A stretch of DNA of 64,000 nucleotides from Puccinia triticina. Taxonomy: Eukaryota. The stretch spans positions 496,001 through 560,000 of the forward strand of contig CP110439.1 of NCBI GenBank assembly GCA_026914245.1, written 5' to 3'. A program made the translations under genes and the position numbers. The notes under the pieces were generated by a model. That model did no database searches and was not told where the DNA came from. It saw nothing but the letters and a program-made list of their open reading frames with translations. The stretch's first letter is position 1. Each line of letters begins with the position of its first letter. Below, one piece after another: positions 13,301-26,605 of the stretch.

Positions 13301-14749
13301 GATACAGGGTATCCTGGGTTTCTTACTGGATATCCCACTCAGGATATCTGGTAGTGGATGAAGTGTACACATCTTCACTGCATAGAATATGTTCCATCTG
13401 TAATGTTGCTTCATAGGTAAACCAGATGGAATCATAATGCTGAGAGTCTAACCAAGTTCAAGGGGAAACAGTGTTGAGGCTCTGGGTTTACAAATGTGCA
13501 GTTGGTAATTGAGTTCAAGAACTTGCCTGGTTGCACAAATGAATCAAAGGAGAGAGGTGAGTGTTGAGAGGATCCCCTCGGGGAACGGGGATGGGCTGTT
13601 CCCACCCCCGGTCGAAGTGATGGGACCTGGTTCCAAGGCAAACTTAACACAAGTCCCTCACACCTACGCTTGGGGGGGGGGGGGGGGGGCTGAAGGGCCC
13701 GCCTCCCAAAGGGAGGGACTTGCATCCAAAGTCAGCTTACAAGGGGGAGAGCTACCAGCCAAATGGCTGGGAGGTGATCTCACCCCCTCAATTCATCACT
13801 AGCACTTCAAAAAACATCCGGCCGCCGGCACCATTAGAAGCGCAAGATTCCAAGCACCTTTATTCCAACTTAAAATTTCCAAATAGCTTCATCCCTTCGA
13901 ATAAATCATTATGTCAATAAAATACCACTGTAAACAATCCGACTTCTTCAAGCCCGGATATCCCAACGGATGTATCTGGTGTTATATACATAACCAAGTA
14001 TCACACAGCAGAAAAAACAAATACATATTATCATTCTAGCTTTTTTCCCTGTGTATGACTATGTATCTACATCAACACATGACAGAACTCCATCAGCACC
14101 TGGCTGCAGCGAGTCAAATAACCGTGAGAGGGTTTATGGTCCAATGATCCAAACAGTTCCCCACCTGTCAAGCTTTACTTCACAAAAGGAAAGAACACAA
14201 CCAACTGCAAATTGCAAGCAACTGGCTATTTTGCACCTTTTTTTTCCAAAAAACAAGGAAAATATGCCTAAGAAGCAAGGCTACAACTTTGCCGGATCAG
14301 AATTGTTCTGAAGGGCTTTGATTTTGCTCAAAAGATTCTTGAGCTTAAAAATGGTGAAAATTTCACCACTTTCTCAAGTTGCTCAGGCCACGCGGGCGAC
14401 TGGAGGACTTGCCATTGATCTGGGAGGCCTCCCAGATCCAGATCTGGATTCCCAGATCCCAGAGTTCCACATCTCACCAGATTGCTTGTTCCGTCGCCCG
14501 CATCCCCCAGATTTGAGTCACCCAGGCCATACCCCCAGCTGTCAAGCTTCCTCACGACTCACATCTCACCATCGCTCCCCTTCGGTGCCAACTGGCCATT
14601 TGAAGTTACCAACGCCTCAACCAATTGGCTTCCCATTGGCTCAAGTTGAGAATGGAACATTCCCTCTTCCTCCGACGTTCAGTATCTCCAACAAACCAGC
14701 AACATAACAAACGATGCCTCATCCAAAATCAGTTTCAGCCGGCTCAAAC

Positions 14750-17700
14750 TGTTGTACGGTGGGGTGGACAAACTCCACAATTGGAGTATAGGAGTTGGAA
14801 GAGGCGGGCAAGTCGGAGCAATAGAACCACACAGATTCTAGTCACAACAGATTAAGAGCCTAAGTTCTACCAACAGCGCTAGCCATCTCGACTCGACTCC
14901 TGGCGACATTCGAATTGGTGTATGGTGACGACTCGTCGAGACCAACCTGAACTAGCGGGACCCTTACCACCACCAACAAGAGCGAAACGTCCCAAGCAGA
15001 CAAAGGCGTATAAGGAGCTCCTAAAATTACCTCCGCTACCTCCTTCTCCAATCAAAGAAAAATCGGATCCTATAGACATCGATTGGCCTCCATCTCCGTT
15101 CATATCGGCAATATCTTACATTTTTTCCAAGACAATAACTCGACACATCGACGAAGGATTATCGACCTCGGCTCCAACTCCAACCAACTATCGTCTCGTT
15201 CAAAATCCATTTGGACTAGCTCTCACGGCATTCATTCCGGTACCTGAATACCAGCCAACGTACAACGAACCACGATCAACTTCACCAGTTCACTCACCAT
15301 CTGAAACGTCATCATCCAGTCATTCATCAATCGTCTCGGATATATCGGCTATCCAAGAATTCCCCGGCTTCTCCATGTCACAATCGACCTCCGAAATATC
15401 CCCGAAGACCAAATTTTTACAACAACCGGGGATCTACAAGCAAGACGTAGAACCCTTGGCGGCCGATGGAACTAACTTCACAAAATGGAAGAGAAGCCTT
15501 AACCGAGTGTTACTTCTCACACTTGGTATTCCCAATCTATTCGACGACCCAAAGAACTACGCCAAGGTCAAAGACCAGGAGAATACGAGCATCCTGTACC
15601 TCATACAGATCACCATCCACGATGAACTTCAGTCAATCACGGATTGATTCACTACCGGAACTGAGGCGTTTGATGCTCTCCAAACAAACTTCCAAGGGAC
15701 GGTACGCTTTCGACAGATGGAACTCATCGACAGACTGCTTGAATTTCGCATCACGGGTCCTACGACCGACCCCTCTCAGGTCCAAGTTTTTTTCAACAAA
15801 TTGTTCGACACGTTTGCTGATCTCAAGAAGGTGGGGGCAGCATTGCCTCCTGTGGTGGAAAGCCTTATTCTTCAAGCGGTTTCACCAGTTCCTCCTTTTA
15901 TGTCTTGGTCACAGATGTTTCAAAACATTTCCCTCCAACTCGGCTCCAAAGAGGGCATTACGGCACGGGACGTCCAAACTATCATTACCTCAGCGTACGG
16001 CGAGAGTATTTGATTCGACTCGGGTCAACAACCAAATGTTTCAGTCTTCAGAGCTTATCCACCTCCAACATGGACGGCTCAGCGGCAACCATCCTGGAAT
16101 CCGACACACCTCCCGTCCACAACTCGACCTAACCCGCGGGGTGGATTCACTGGACAACAACGACAACCTCCGACAGCTAAGAATCCAACTCAACGCCCTC
16201 AGAACGTGGGTATGCCTGGGCATCCCACCGTTGACGACATATCGGCCGCACTCAATAACATTCAAAAGGGAAATCAAGGCCCGGCCGACCCAACAGTGCA
16301 CAAAGGAAAACCATGCTCCTACTGCAAAATGTTGGGACATTGGAGATCGTCGTGCCCGACTCTCCGCAGCGATGCCAAGCTGCCTCCTCCCAATACAGAT
16401 CTTGGTCGCCCCGCTTCCGGTTACGCCCGTCAGGCCGCACCACCGAACGACCCACCCACCGTCTTTGATCAGAATGCGGCAGTTCGATCGGCGGTGGGTG
16501 CGGATGCAAATGGTGCCGCCGGCGCTGGCACGGTTTTGGACTCTGGGGCGACCCACCACGTGAGCGGATCTTTCCTATCTTTTTCCTATCTTCGCCCTCT
16601 CCAACCGCCAATGAAACTGAATCTCGCATCATCTACGGGTTCGATGTTGGCGACTCACAGTGGTCACCTGAAGATGGTCAATGGGGATGGTACCCTAACA
16701 ATCCCGAAGGTACTATTCAGTCCGGAAATGACCGGAACACTCCTTAGTCTAGGACAACTCATTGAATCCGGCTTCTGACCGCTCTTCCTTCCGAACCACA
16801 ACATAGTTCTGACATCTTCCTTCGCTTCAATCACCGCTCGTTTCCACAATCGGTCGTGGATTATCACTCCTGAATCTTTTCATTTCTTCCAGCCGTCTAT
16901 CTATCAAGTATCCACACGGTCATCCTCCAAGTTAACAACTCCGGCATATGACTGGCATTGCCGCCTTGGACACGTGTCCGACGCAATAGTAAAAGAATTC
17001 CTTCAACGTTTTGTCCCATCTTTCAACCTCAAGTCTTGGCAACCCTTCATCTGCGAAACGTGCAAACAAACAAAAAGCGAACGCCGACGACACTCTCTTC
17101 TGGAAGTTATTCCACGGGAAAACCGACTTGATCTTATTGTGACGGATGTAATTGGACCATTTGATCCTGATATCTCCGGCAATTGTTTCCTACTCACTGT
17201 TCATGACCACGCGACCACTTATTCTTTTGTTTTTCCTATCAAATCTCGTTCCGAAGTCCCGAATATAATCATCGCTCTTGTGAAGAAGTTTGTGTTACAC
17301 TTCAATTCCGCCCCCAAATTTATCCGCTGCGACAACGCCAAGGAATACACGGTTCAACCATTAACCGATTATCTCGACTCAATCGGCAGTAAGATCATAT
17401 TCACCTCTCCATACACCCCTGAACAAAACGGAGAGGCGGAACGTCTCAATCGCACCCTTGGGGACATCGCTCGTTCAACTTTGGCCCATTCTGAGCTACC
17501 GTCAAAATTATGGTCCCATGCGTATCAATGTGCATGTTATCTTGTCAACAGGCTCTCAAATCAGCGATGCAAGACAACACCGCTGGAGATGTGGTCAGGC
17601 CGCCAACCTAATCCAGACTCATTCTACCCATTTGGGGCTCGGGCAGCTGTTCACATTCCAAAAGAACGACGTCGCAAGTTGGATCAACGTGGATGGACCG

Positions 17701-19736
17701 GTTACTTGGTCGGATATCAAGATGATGAGAGAGGGTGGTTTTTCTGGAATCCAACGTTGCAGAAGGTCGTAAATTCAGAGTGTGCAACCTTCCTTGACTT
17801 TCAAGGAAAGCCTTTGTTTCCGGCACCGTCCGAGTTTGCTAACAACCACCTTGTTCGTAGAGTTCTGGCTTTGGGACAAGAGCAAACAACTGAAATATGT
17901 GACGAACAGGATTCTCAAATTCACACTCTACAGGCAATCTCTGACGCGGAAATCCCGACTAACCTGAAGAACGCTCTCAAATCCCCCGCATCATCGGCAT
18001 GGCGTGACGCATGCATGTCTGAGTGGTCTCAGCTTGAACAGATTGACACATTCAACATTGAGGAAAAACAGGACAAGCACTCGATCGGCACTCGTTTTGT
18101 TTTCGACATCAAGAGGAACTCTGACGGTTCCATCAACAAACTCAAGGCTAGATTTGTGGTTTGCAGCTTCAAACAAAGACTTGGCAAAGACGTTCGGTCG
18201 ACTTTTGCTCCAACAGCTTCACTCTCAACACTCCGGGTTCTACTCACTTTATCGATCAAGAACAGGTGGATCATAAACTCTTTCAACATCACGGGAGCTT
18301 TCGTACACAGCCCGATCGACGAGACCATTTTTGTAGATCCCCCGATTGAACTGTTCCCTCACTTGGCAGGAAAAGTTCTCCGACTAAAAAAGGCCCTTTA
18401 TGGAACCCGACAAGCCAGCCGTTGCTGGTGGAAGCATTTCAAGAGTCTTCTTCATGGATGGGGTTTCGAGTGTGACAAGGTGGAGGAATGTCTATACAGG
18501 TACAAGAAGGACGACTCGGTTATAATTGTGTGGATTCATGTCGATGACGGGATTGTTTTTGGTAATAATCAAAGCGATATCGATCTTTTTCGGAGAAAAA
18601 TGGAAGGCAGTTTGAGGGTGAAGTGGGACGCACGGCCGGATAAACTAGTCGGCATAAAACTTGATTATACAACAGACTCCATATTTTTAAGTCAACATCT
18701 CCTGGTCGACCAACTGATTCAGAAATACAAGGAAGAAGTAAATCCTATCCTAGTACCCACCAACACACCGCTGCCGACTTGCGACCTCACTACGTCGTGG
18801 GGTGAACCGGTTTCGGCAACCTTGTATCAATCCTTGATCGGCTCAATCAATTACCTCGCCTTGGGGACCAGACCTGACATCAGCTTCGCCGTGAATTACC
18901 TGGCCAGATTTAGTTCAAACCCCAACGAATCTCATTGGAACGCTCTATCACACCTGGTTCAGTACATCAACACCACCCGATCGAAACGACTTCGGCTACA
19001 TCCTGTGGGAGACGATCTGGTTACGTGGGTGGATGCGAACTGGGGGGGAGAGTTTCAACGATCAACTTCCGGATTTATCATCACACTACTGGGTAGCCCA
19101 GTGGCCTGGGGTTCTCAAAGACAAAAGGTAGTCGCAACTTCGACGTGCGCGGCCGAATTTATTTCACTAGGGTCGTCGGTAGACTTTCTACTGTTTCTTA
19201 TTCCTATCCTCAAATCCTTCGATATCAAACTCGCATTTAAAATCAAGTGTGACAACCGTGCGGCCGTCCTTTTTTCGGATGACAACGCCTCAAAAGGTCG
19301 CATGAAAAGTCTAGAGCGGAATTTCTTCTTCGTAAACGATGCGGTCCGGGAACATAACATCAAGCTCGATTGGGTTTCAACATCGGACAACTTGGCGGAT
19401 TTCTTCACCAAAACACTTAGATCGAACCTTCACTCGCTATCAATGGATAAAATTTTCACTTGATTATTAAATTTCTTCTCTTATTTTTTTTACTCCTTTA
19501 AACTCATATCTTAAATCATCTAGACATATTCCTATAAAAGAAAAAATTGTTTCCTACACATCTCCTCATGTTTTTTTCTTTTTTTTTTTCTTCTATCCTT
19601 TCTGGTTGTACTCATGGTGTGGAGTTTGAGGGGGGATGTTGTACGGTGGGGTGGACAAACTCCACAATTGGAGTATAGGAGTTGGAAGAGGCGGGCAAGT
19701 CGGAGCAATAGAACCACACAGATTCTAGTCACAACA
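14750..19736 (+). mobile_element. Ty1/Copia LTR retrotransposon, full length
   Basis: Identical 100-bp LTRs at 14750-14849 and 19637-19736 (TGTTG..CAACA). TSD CAAAC. PPT GAGGGGGGA before the 3' LTR. PR-IN-RT-RH domain order. Confidence 0.97.
14922..19463 (+). pseudogene. Copia gag-pol polyprotein, one frame with three internal TGA stops
   Basis: CSYCKMLGHWRSSC knuckle, LDSGAT protease, WHCRLGH/RCDNAKEY/NGEAER integrase, LKKALYG and HVDDG RT, ADFFTK RNase H. Stops end at 15647, 16013 and 16778. Confidence 0.93.
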
Positions 19737-20235
19737 CAAACTGCCTTTACCCACATCGGATCACCAGTTCCGATTTGAAGTGCTTCAGATAGTGTGCCGG
19801 TTACATCAACTCCGTTAATGTCGCATGGTTCAGATTAATCAAACCCGAAGTGTTTACATGTCTGTATGGGATGAGCTTCATGTATTGAGCAGAGAATTCC
19901 ACAAAATGCTGTTTAAGGATATTCATCATGAGTTCAGATATCATTGATTTCATTCATACTGCAACTATAAGATCAGGGAAACAAGATTTGAGGAAAAACA
20001 ATCGCAGGTTGATTGAGCAAAAAAATCAAAGGATATCAGATTGATCAAATAAGGGAAAAAACAGTATAAATTTGATTGATTGAGGAAAAAAAAACCAGCA
20101 CATTGATTGACATTAAGTTTTTCATATTTTTAACTATTGAGCTAGATGGTACAAACTAATTCAGCTGATTCAGTTCGCGCATCAAACAGCTTCAGAAATA
20201 TTCAGGGAGAGCATAAATAGAGTTAATAAGCACTT

Positions 20236-21107
20236 TTATTGTGTATGATGTCGGGTTTGAAGGTGGTCGCTAGCAAAAGAGGATGTGGTTCGAGAGTCCG
20301 ACATCGTTGTTGGGGTATACATAGTAGGTCCCACAAAAGAGGATGTTGTTCGAGAGTCCGACATCGTTGTGGGGGAAAAAATAGTAGGTCCCAAACCCGC
20401 AGCGTTCCCTGATGAAAAATTTCCTTCATTGCCCATATACGGGGACTCGTTTGGGTGGTTGAAAAACAATCCCGCTGCCATACGCGCGGACCCGCCCGAG
20501 CTCGACGGATAAAACCCACCCTGACGTTTTCATCACCATCATCATCAGAATCTGAATCTCGAACAGGTGCACCAACACTGTTCCTAAGAAATCAGAGATC
20601 AAATTGGATCAGATACATGTGACTTTAAGGGAATGATTGTACTCACCTCTCGTCATCACTCTCATCCTCCAGATCAACACCTTCGGGCCCGCGATCGACG
20701 ACAGATTAGCTGTGCGCTCGTTCTTGAATTTCCCGGTAAGCTGCCTTTGCTTCACGCACCCAAGATGGGGGTTCAGTATCGCCAGTCGGTTTCTTTTGTT
20801 CATGCAAGGATTTGAACTTTTTCTTCAATGACTCGACCTCTCGAAACGCTCGGTTGTTTGACGAAGCATAGCCGTTATAGTCCTCTTGGACTTTTTCCCA
20901 GTCATTCGCGCCCAACGGTCAAACCTTTCGGATTGCGTTGACCAGAGCAATGTGATCCGTATTGCTGTATCCCTGAGAACCAGGGGTACGTCCACCAGTC
21001 TTTGCGCGACCCGAATTCCTCGGCCTCTGGCTTTGAGTTTGGGTTGCGTCGATTCCGATTTCGTCCGGGTGGTTTGGTTGAGTTCTGGCGGCGCTGTTTG
21101 GTGCCAT
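20236..21107 (-). pseudogene. Myb/SANT-like (DUF6818-like) transposon accessory gene with in-frame stops
   Basis: GRTPGSQGYSNTDHIALVNAIRKV*PLGANDWEKV..RAFREVESLKKKFKSL..KKPTGD..PP.VREAK. 60-bp tandem duplication at ~20274-20393. 3' extent uncertain. Confidence 0.6.
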
Positions 21108-21424
21108 GGGGGCCGAGGATGGATGAGGATGGGTGGTGGGTGGGTGGGAATTGATCTAGGATGCGTAAACACCCTTGCGTATTTCTAGGACTAGGGTTCC
21201 CCGGTGGACCCACCGAAAATCTGGATTTTTTTGGCCAGATCTGGGTCTGGGAGGGGCTCCCAGATCGACGGGAAGTCCTCCACTTTGGAGGTAAGCCTCT
21301 CCCACGGAGAGTCCCTTCGGGACCCCCGTTCGAGAGGCTTTGTTAAGCTCGGTTTGAAGGCCGCTGCAGCCAACTCATAACACCACCGACCCAAGTCTCA
21401 AGAATCATCTAAATTCTCGTCAAG

Positions 21425-24400
21425 ATGGGTGTCAGCCGTGTCCTCGAACTTTTGAACGTGCTCTACCCGTCACCCGATACACCGGTATATGCCTTACCAA
21501 ATCAGATCCAACAAGCTGAAGCCCAGAAGGCCTTATACGATTTCATGGCTGAGCCATCTGCCTGGTCTTTGGCAAGCGAAATGTTGGATTCATTGGGAAA
21601 GCATGAATGGGCAGAGGTAATCCTATTTTGCCTTATTCCGCGAAAAATCGATATTTAAATAACGAAATACTTAGTCTCATCGTGTCATTGCTCGCAGAAT
21701 ACCAACGCAAGGTTCATTGCTGCACACACGTTAGCTGTGAAGGTATCCAGGGACTGGACGAGTTTTCCTACAGATCAGTCGCTTAACTTGAAAGAACGTT
21801 TACTCCATTGGTTGCAACAAAGTGTTATTCGCACCGCTTCGTCGGTTCCCGGAGAGAAAATCGTGTTGAGAAAGCTGTCTGTGGCGGTTGGTTGCTTAAA
21901 ACTGGATCGCGTTTTGTGGCATGAAAGGAACCCAGCTAATTTACCAGTGCTTAGATTTCTGTACTGTCATTCAAGCTAGTTCCCGAACCATCGAAGTGTT
22001 GGGATAACTGGCTTCTCGAAGTGATTTCGCGGCTAGCATGTGGTCCGACTGTCACAAGCTCTTTGCTGGACGTATTAACCGTGATCGCAGAGGAAGCTGA
22101 ACGGGCGGATATGTTAGGTGCTCGCAGGTCAGAACACAATCTACCCTTCGATCCGCAAATTACATTACGTTGAATTTGCTTGGATCCAGGGTGCAGTACG
22201 ATAAGTCTATTCAAGATGGCAGTGGACTCGTTATCAGAACTTTATCGGAAGCTCTCGTCTCAGAATCTCGCTCGATAAGACTCGCCGCCCTCAGTTGCAG
22301 TCAAGCGTGGCTTTGCTCTTCTCACTTAAACATCGATGGACCTATTACCTTATGGCCAATTCTATTGGACTTGCTATTCAATTCCCAGTATCTTATGGTT
22401 TACTTAAATCCAAATACGTCTATCCACATTGCCGACGAGGAAGAGGATATTGTTCAAAGGTCTGCCGATTGTATTGAAGAGTTGGTGTCTGGTAGCCGTG
22501 GAGGAGCTAGCATTGGAGCTGGCTTTGTGACCAAGGCGAGAGCTGAAGTCCTTCTGGACTGGTTTGGTGGCGACTTTGTAGGCTCTATTATTGAACGATC
22601 AGTAGCTTGTAGGTCTTCAATCACCTCCCTCCCCGGACGTACCATTGGGCTTATCATTTCGTGATTTCTAGCAGGAGAGGTTCCCGATGCGATCTTATCC
22701 ATCTACAAACTTTTTACTTCCTTGTCCGAGCACTCCATCGCCGGCATCGCAGCAAACCTTTCATCTCCGCGAAGCTTGAAAATGATGAGACATTTATTGC
22801 GACTCAGTACCTTTCCCGGCTATGGTGGAATCGACGAAAATATATCGATACTTATTCTTCCGATTTGGACGCTACTACAAGAAGAACTTAATGACTTAGG
22901 ATATCTGGCAACCGCCCCAGACAACTCTGAGTTCAATTTACCACCTTCTCTGGCCCAGGAAAACCATCCAGAGCTAAGATCTCTATCAACTGAGCTTTTC
23001 AAAACTTTATCCCAAGGCTTGAAACTCAAATCAACTTGGCCAAAGCATGATTTTATTGCTGAAAATTGGACTAAAGACATGGTCGCTTCTTTCAAGTCGC
23101 ATACCAGGGCCGACTTGGCAGAATGTCTTTTGGCCTGCTATTACGTTTGCCGCGATGAATTGTTGCTCGACTTGGTTATTGAAACGAAATCGCTGCTAAG
23201 TAGAAGTCAGGAACCGAATGATTGCTATGAGGTATGAACGCATTCTTTATTTGATTACTTTCATCTTTTCATCAAATTTCTGCAGGTGAATTCGTGGTCT
23301 TGATGCTCAGATCATAATAGCGGGGGATGATTGCGTAAAAGAGATTATTACATGTATTGACTGCTATCCCGGTAAAATAGTATCCCCACAACTGAAATCC
23401 TGGATATCTCCGCTCACTTTTTTTCCAAGGAACTAGAAGCATGTCTATTTTGCATCCGAGCCATCCAAGATGGGATTCCGTTGGAAGAAAATACGGCTTT
23501 GCCCCTAGTATTCAGCTCTGAAATCTTGGGAAGAATCCCTATCGGAGATACAGCACCTTTACTGCGGTTGAAAGGCACGTGCTTGGGGCTGATCGGTGAG
23601 CGCCCATTCATTCCAGCCTCTATTCGTTGTGATGCTCAAACGAAGGTGCTCATTTGAGATTCAACTGCACAGCTTCCTTTTCAGAATGGCTTAAGCACCG
23701 TCCAAGTCACCTACTTTGCTCCCTCAACTTGGTTGCACCGTCCTTGAACTGTCCGGACTCGGAGACGATCTCACTGGCAGCCAACGCTTTGCGTAGACTT
23801 TGTCATGAAGGAAGGAAGGTTCTAGTCAATGAAATTGCACCTTTAGCAGAGCTGATTCGGTCTACCGAGGGAAAAATCATGGTTAGTTAATCTGCATCCT
23901 CTCAATCACTGGAGTCAGTGATATGCATCTATTCACCGTTGAAATTGTTCGGTTTCAGCCCGATGAGTACAACAAGGTCTTGCAGGCAGTTGCCAGTGTA
24001 CTCCAGGCTCTTCCCCCCAAAGACCTGGTCCAGCCAATTCTTAGTTTGTTGGAGCCGGTCTTAACGCGACTGGATCTTGCTCTACAGCAACATTCTCAAG
24101 TGCGTAATGTTTTTCTCATGGCGTCATTTGACCTGTATGGGCTCATGACTACATGTCCTTCAACATCTAAAAACAGTATCCTGGAATCACATTCTGAATC
24201 TTGGGCATTTCTTGTATCGAATAGGCACCTGATCCCAATAATCGTTTGGTTATCATCACTCAGCTGCAACAATTGAAGGCTTGCAATCAGGGACTTTCTG
24301 AACCTGACGAAGAGCTCATTTTACTGGATATTGATGACGAAGCGGAAACAGAAAAAGAAAAGATGGCTCAGTTGACTCAATTAGAACCTATCCGTAATCT

Positions 24401-25745
24401 TCAACAAAATCTCTCTCAGCTAATCTCCAACGCTTTGGTTCAATCTTTAGGTGATGTTGATATGGCTGTGGTTAGTGTTCTCATAAAGTTCCATTTGAAC
24501 TCACAGGACCTTGCTCCGCCATCATATTGAATGCACGCCTTGCCTTACTATCAGACTCTATCAGAACTCGCCCGATCATGTACATCCAGCAGTATCCCTA
24601 CAGCAATCTCACTCGATCCTTTCCTACTGCTCACGACCTGTATCTCGAACATCAGTCGGGATCCTGCCAATCTAGCCATTTGGTTCTCGCTTTCCACTTC
24701 TTTGGTTATCGCTACCTGCCGACTTAAAGGCCAAGACTTTCCTCAAGATCAGTGGAATGCTCTTTTGGGTTGCGTCAAAGAGTCGGTTAAGGTCACTGCT
24801 TCCGTGTTAAATTCTGATGCTCAGATGATGCAAGAACCGGATGTGGTTCAGACGTTTCTGCAGCTCTGTGCAGCGGTCAGTGATTTCTTCCTCCCCCAAT
24901 CAATTTAACATCTGCAAGCTTTTGAAACTTTGCACAGGCTGATCAAACCCCCTTGAATATATTCAGATTATTGAAAGATATGGACAGATGTTTGTAGCTC
25001 TGAAAGATGAGTTGCAGATCATATTGACCATCGCCATTGCTGGTTTGAAAGTCGAAGAAAGAGTCGCTTTACAGGCTGCTTTAGACATCCTTGTGAGTTA
25101 AGTTTTATCGCTTGGGGTTCGGGATTTTATAAGATCCTTCTGTGATTGTTGCCTTATAAAAGACTCCTGTCACACGCTGTCACTCGTAGCGAATTTTCGC
25201 TCAGCAAACACAGAAAGCATCCTCGCAAGCTCAAGTTGATCTGTTCCTCGAGTTATTAACGATCCATGGACAAGAAGCGTTGAATCAAATTGTTCTCGGG
25301 ATCAGTGGAAAGCTACCAAGAAGCTCTTTGCCAAGCCTATCAGAAACGTTACATTGTTTTATGATTAAATTGCCTCGCCTCAGTCAGATATGGCTCGCCA
25401 AACTTTTGGAAACGGTAAGCTCATTCGAGAACCGTATATCGTTCGAAGAGCTGACCTTTCATGATAATTCTCAAGCCTGGATATCCGAACGAAAAATTAA
25501 CTGAAGACAAAAAAGTTAGATTTTTGAAGAATATTACCGCGTAGGTCTAATTCTTGCGGTTCTATGACTTTGATTTAGAGATCAAATATACCCGAACTCA
25601 TTTCGTTTTATGCTTAATGCTTCTTGATAGGGCTCGGACGCTCAAGAAGGCCAGAGATGTGTGTAGTGACTTCGCCATTGTCTCAAGAGGACTAGAAGGA
25701 ACTGCTTATGGAGCAAGTCAACTGAGTCTATCGTTTGCAGATTAA
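21425..25745 (+). CDS. Importin-13 / transportin-SR-like karyopherin beta, multi-exon
   Basis: Chain of helical HEAT-like exons with GT..AG introns. N-terminal IBN_N-like segment (AQKALYDF..RFIAAHTLAVKVSRDW). C-terminal DFAIVSRGLEGTAYG resembles importin-13. Confidence 0.85.
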
Positions 25746-26605
25746 TATATGTTTGCTTACTGTCAATTACAAGTAGCTTAATTAACGTTTGCGAATTGTC
25801 AATTACAAAGATTTTAAAAGCCGTCAATGACAGGCCGTTTCTGCCCATTCAGGATTTGCTCTAGAGCCTACATCTGCCCCCTGTTGGTTGTAATTTTCGA
25901 GTACAAATCGAGTACAAAAGTATGAATCACCTGATTATCAAGCAGATTCCTCGGTCACTTGTCGTCTTTTGAGGCCTGTAAGGCTGCACCGTAGACAGCA
26001 TACATCTTGAAAGCATTCTTGTAAAAACTGAGATTCTTGTGATTCACTTTCAACCCCTAGAAGGTCGGCTACCCATCAAAAATCACAATACTTTGGGATT
26101 GGTCACATGAAAGTAGTTGAATTTGAAGGATCTGGTGTGCTTGAATGGGTCCTGCCCTCCCAATTAAAACATGAATAATTTGAAGCACTCCATATATACA
26201 ACCAGGGGTATGAGATTTTGACTGAGGGAAGAACAGAACACTTCAACTGCTAACAGATATCCTGTGTGGGATGTCCAGTAAGAAATCTGGGATAATGTGT
26301 ATGTGCCAAAAAAAGCACACTTCTTTCCTAGCAAAAATGGGTCACTACACTACCTGCAGCAGTAGTGTAATGGTAAAGTAGCAAATTTTGGGCTGCTATT
26401 GCTACCTTACATGTAATTTTTGTCCACTAAATTATTGGTGCACATTTTTCCTCATTTTCAATTGCAACTACACTATTGGGAGGGTAGGAGATACATTTTT
26501 TGCATTACACTATGGAATGCATCACAAATTTTTAAAATTGACAGAAAGTCATTTTTTTGGATGGCGGCATTGAGCTATGATTTCAAAATTTCCCCAGCCT
26601 TGGAG

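Larger units (their letters stand above)
14720..21345. mobile_element. PIF/Harbinger-like remnant (nuclease 3' fragment on +, Myb/SANT-like gene on -), split by the Copia
   Basis: Removing the Copia and one TSD restores SFSRLKLPLPTSDHQFRFEVLQIVCRLHQLR..QINQTRSVY, resembling a Harbinger nuclease C-terminus. It is convergent with a SANT-like pseudogene. Boundaries uncertain. Confidence 0.55.

Noticed and set aside
15466..16563. 365-aa overlapping ORF suggesting a programmed frameshift in the Copia
   Set aside because: All gag-pol motifs lie in one other frame broken only by point stops; this ORF has no recognisable motifs.
15645..16778. TGA readthrough, selenocysteine or alternative genetic code in the Copia
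   Set aside because: CGA>TGA decay is simpler, is accompanied by missense damage in RT motifs, and host genes here use TGA as a stop.
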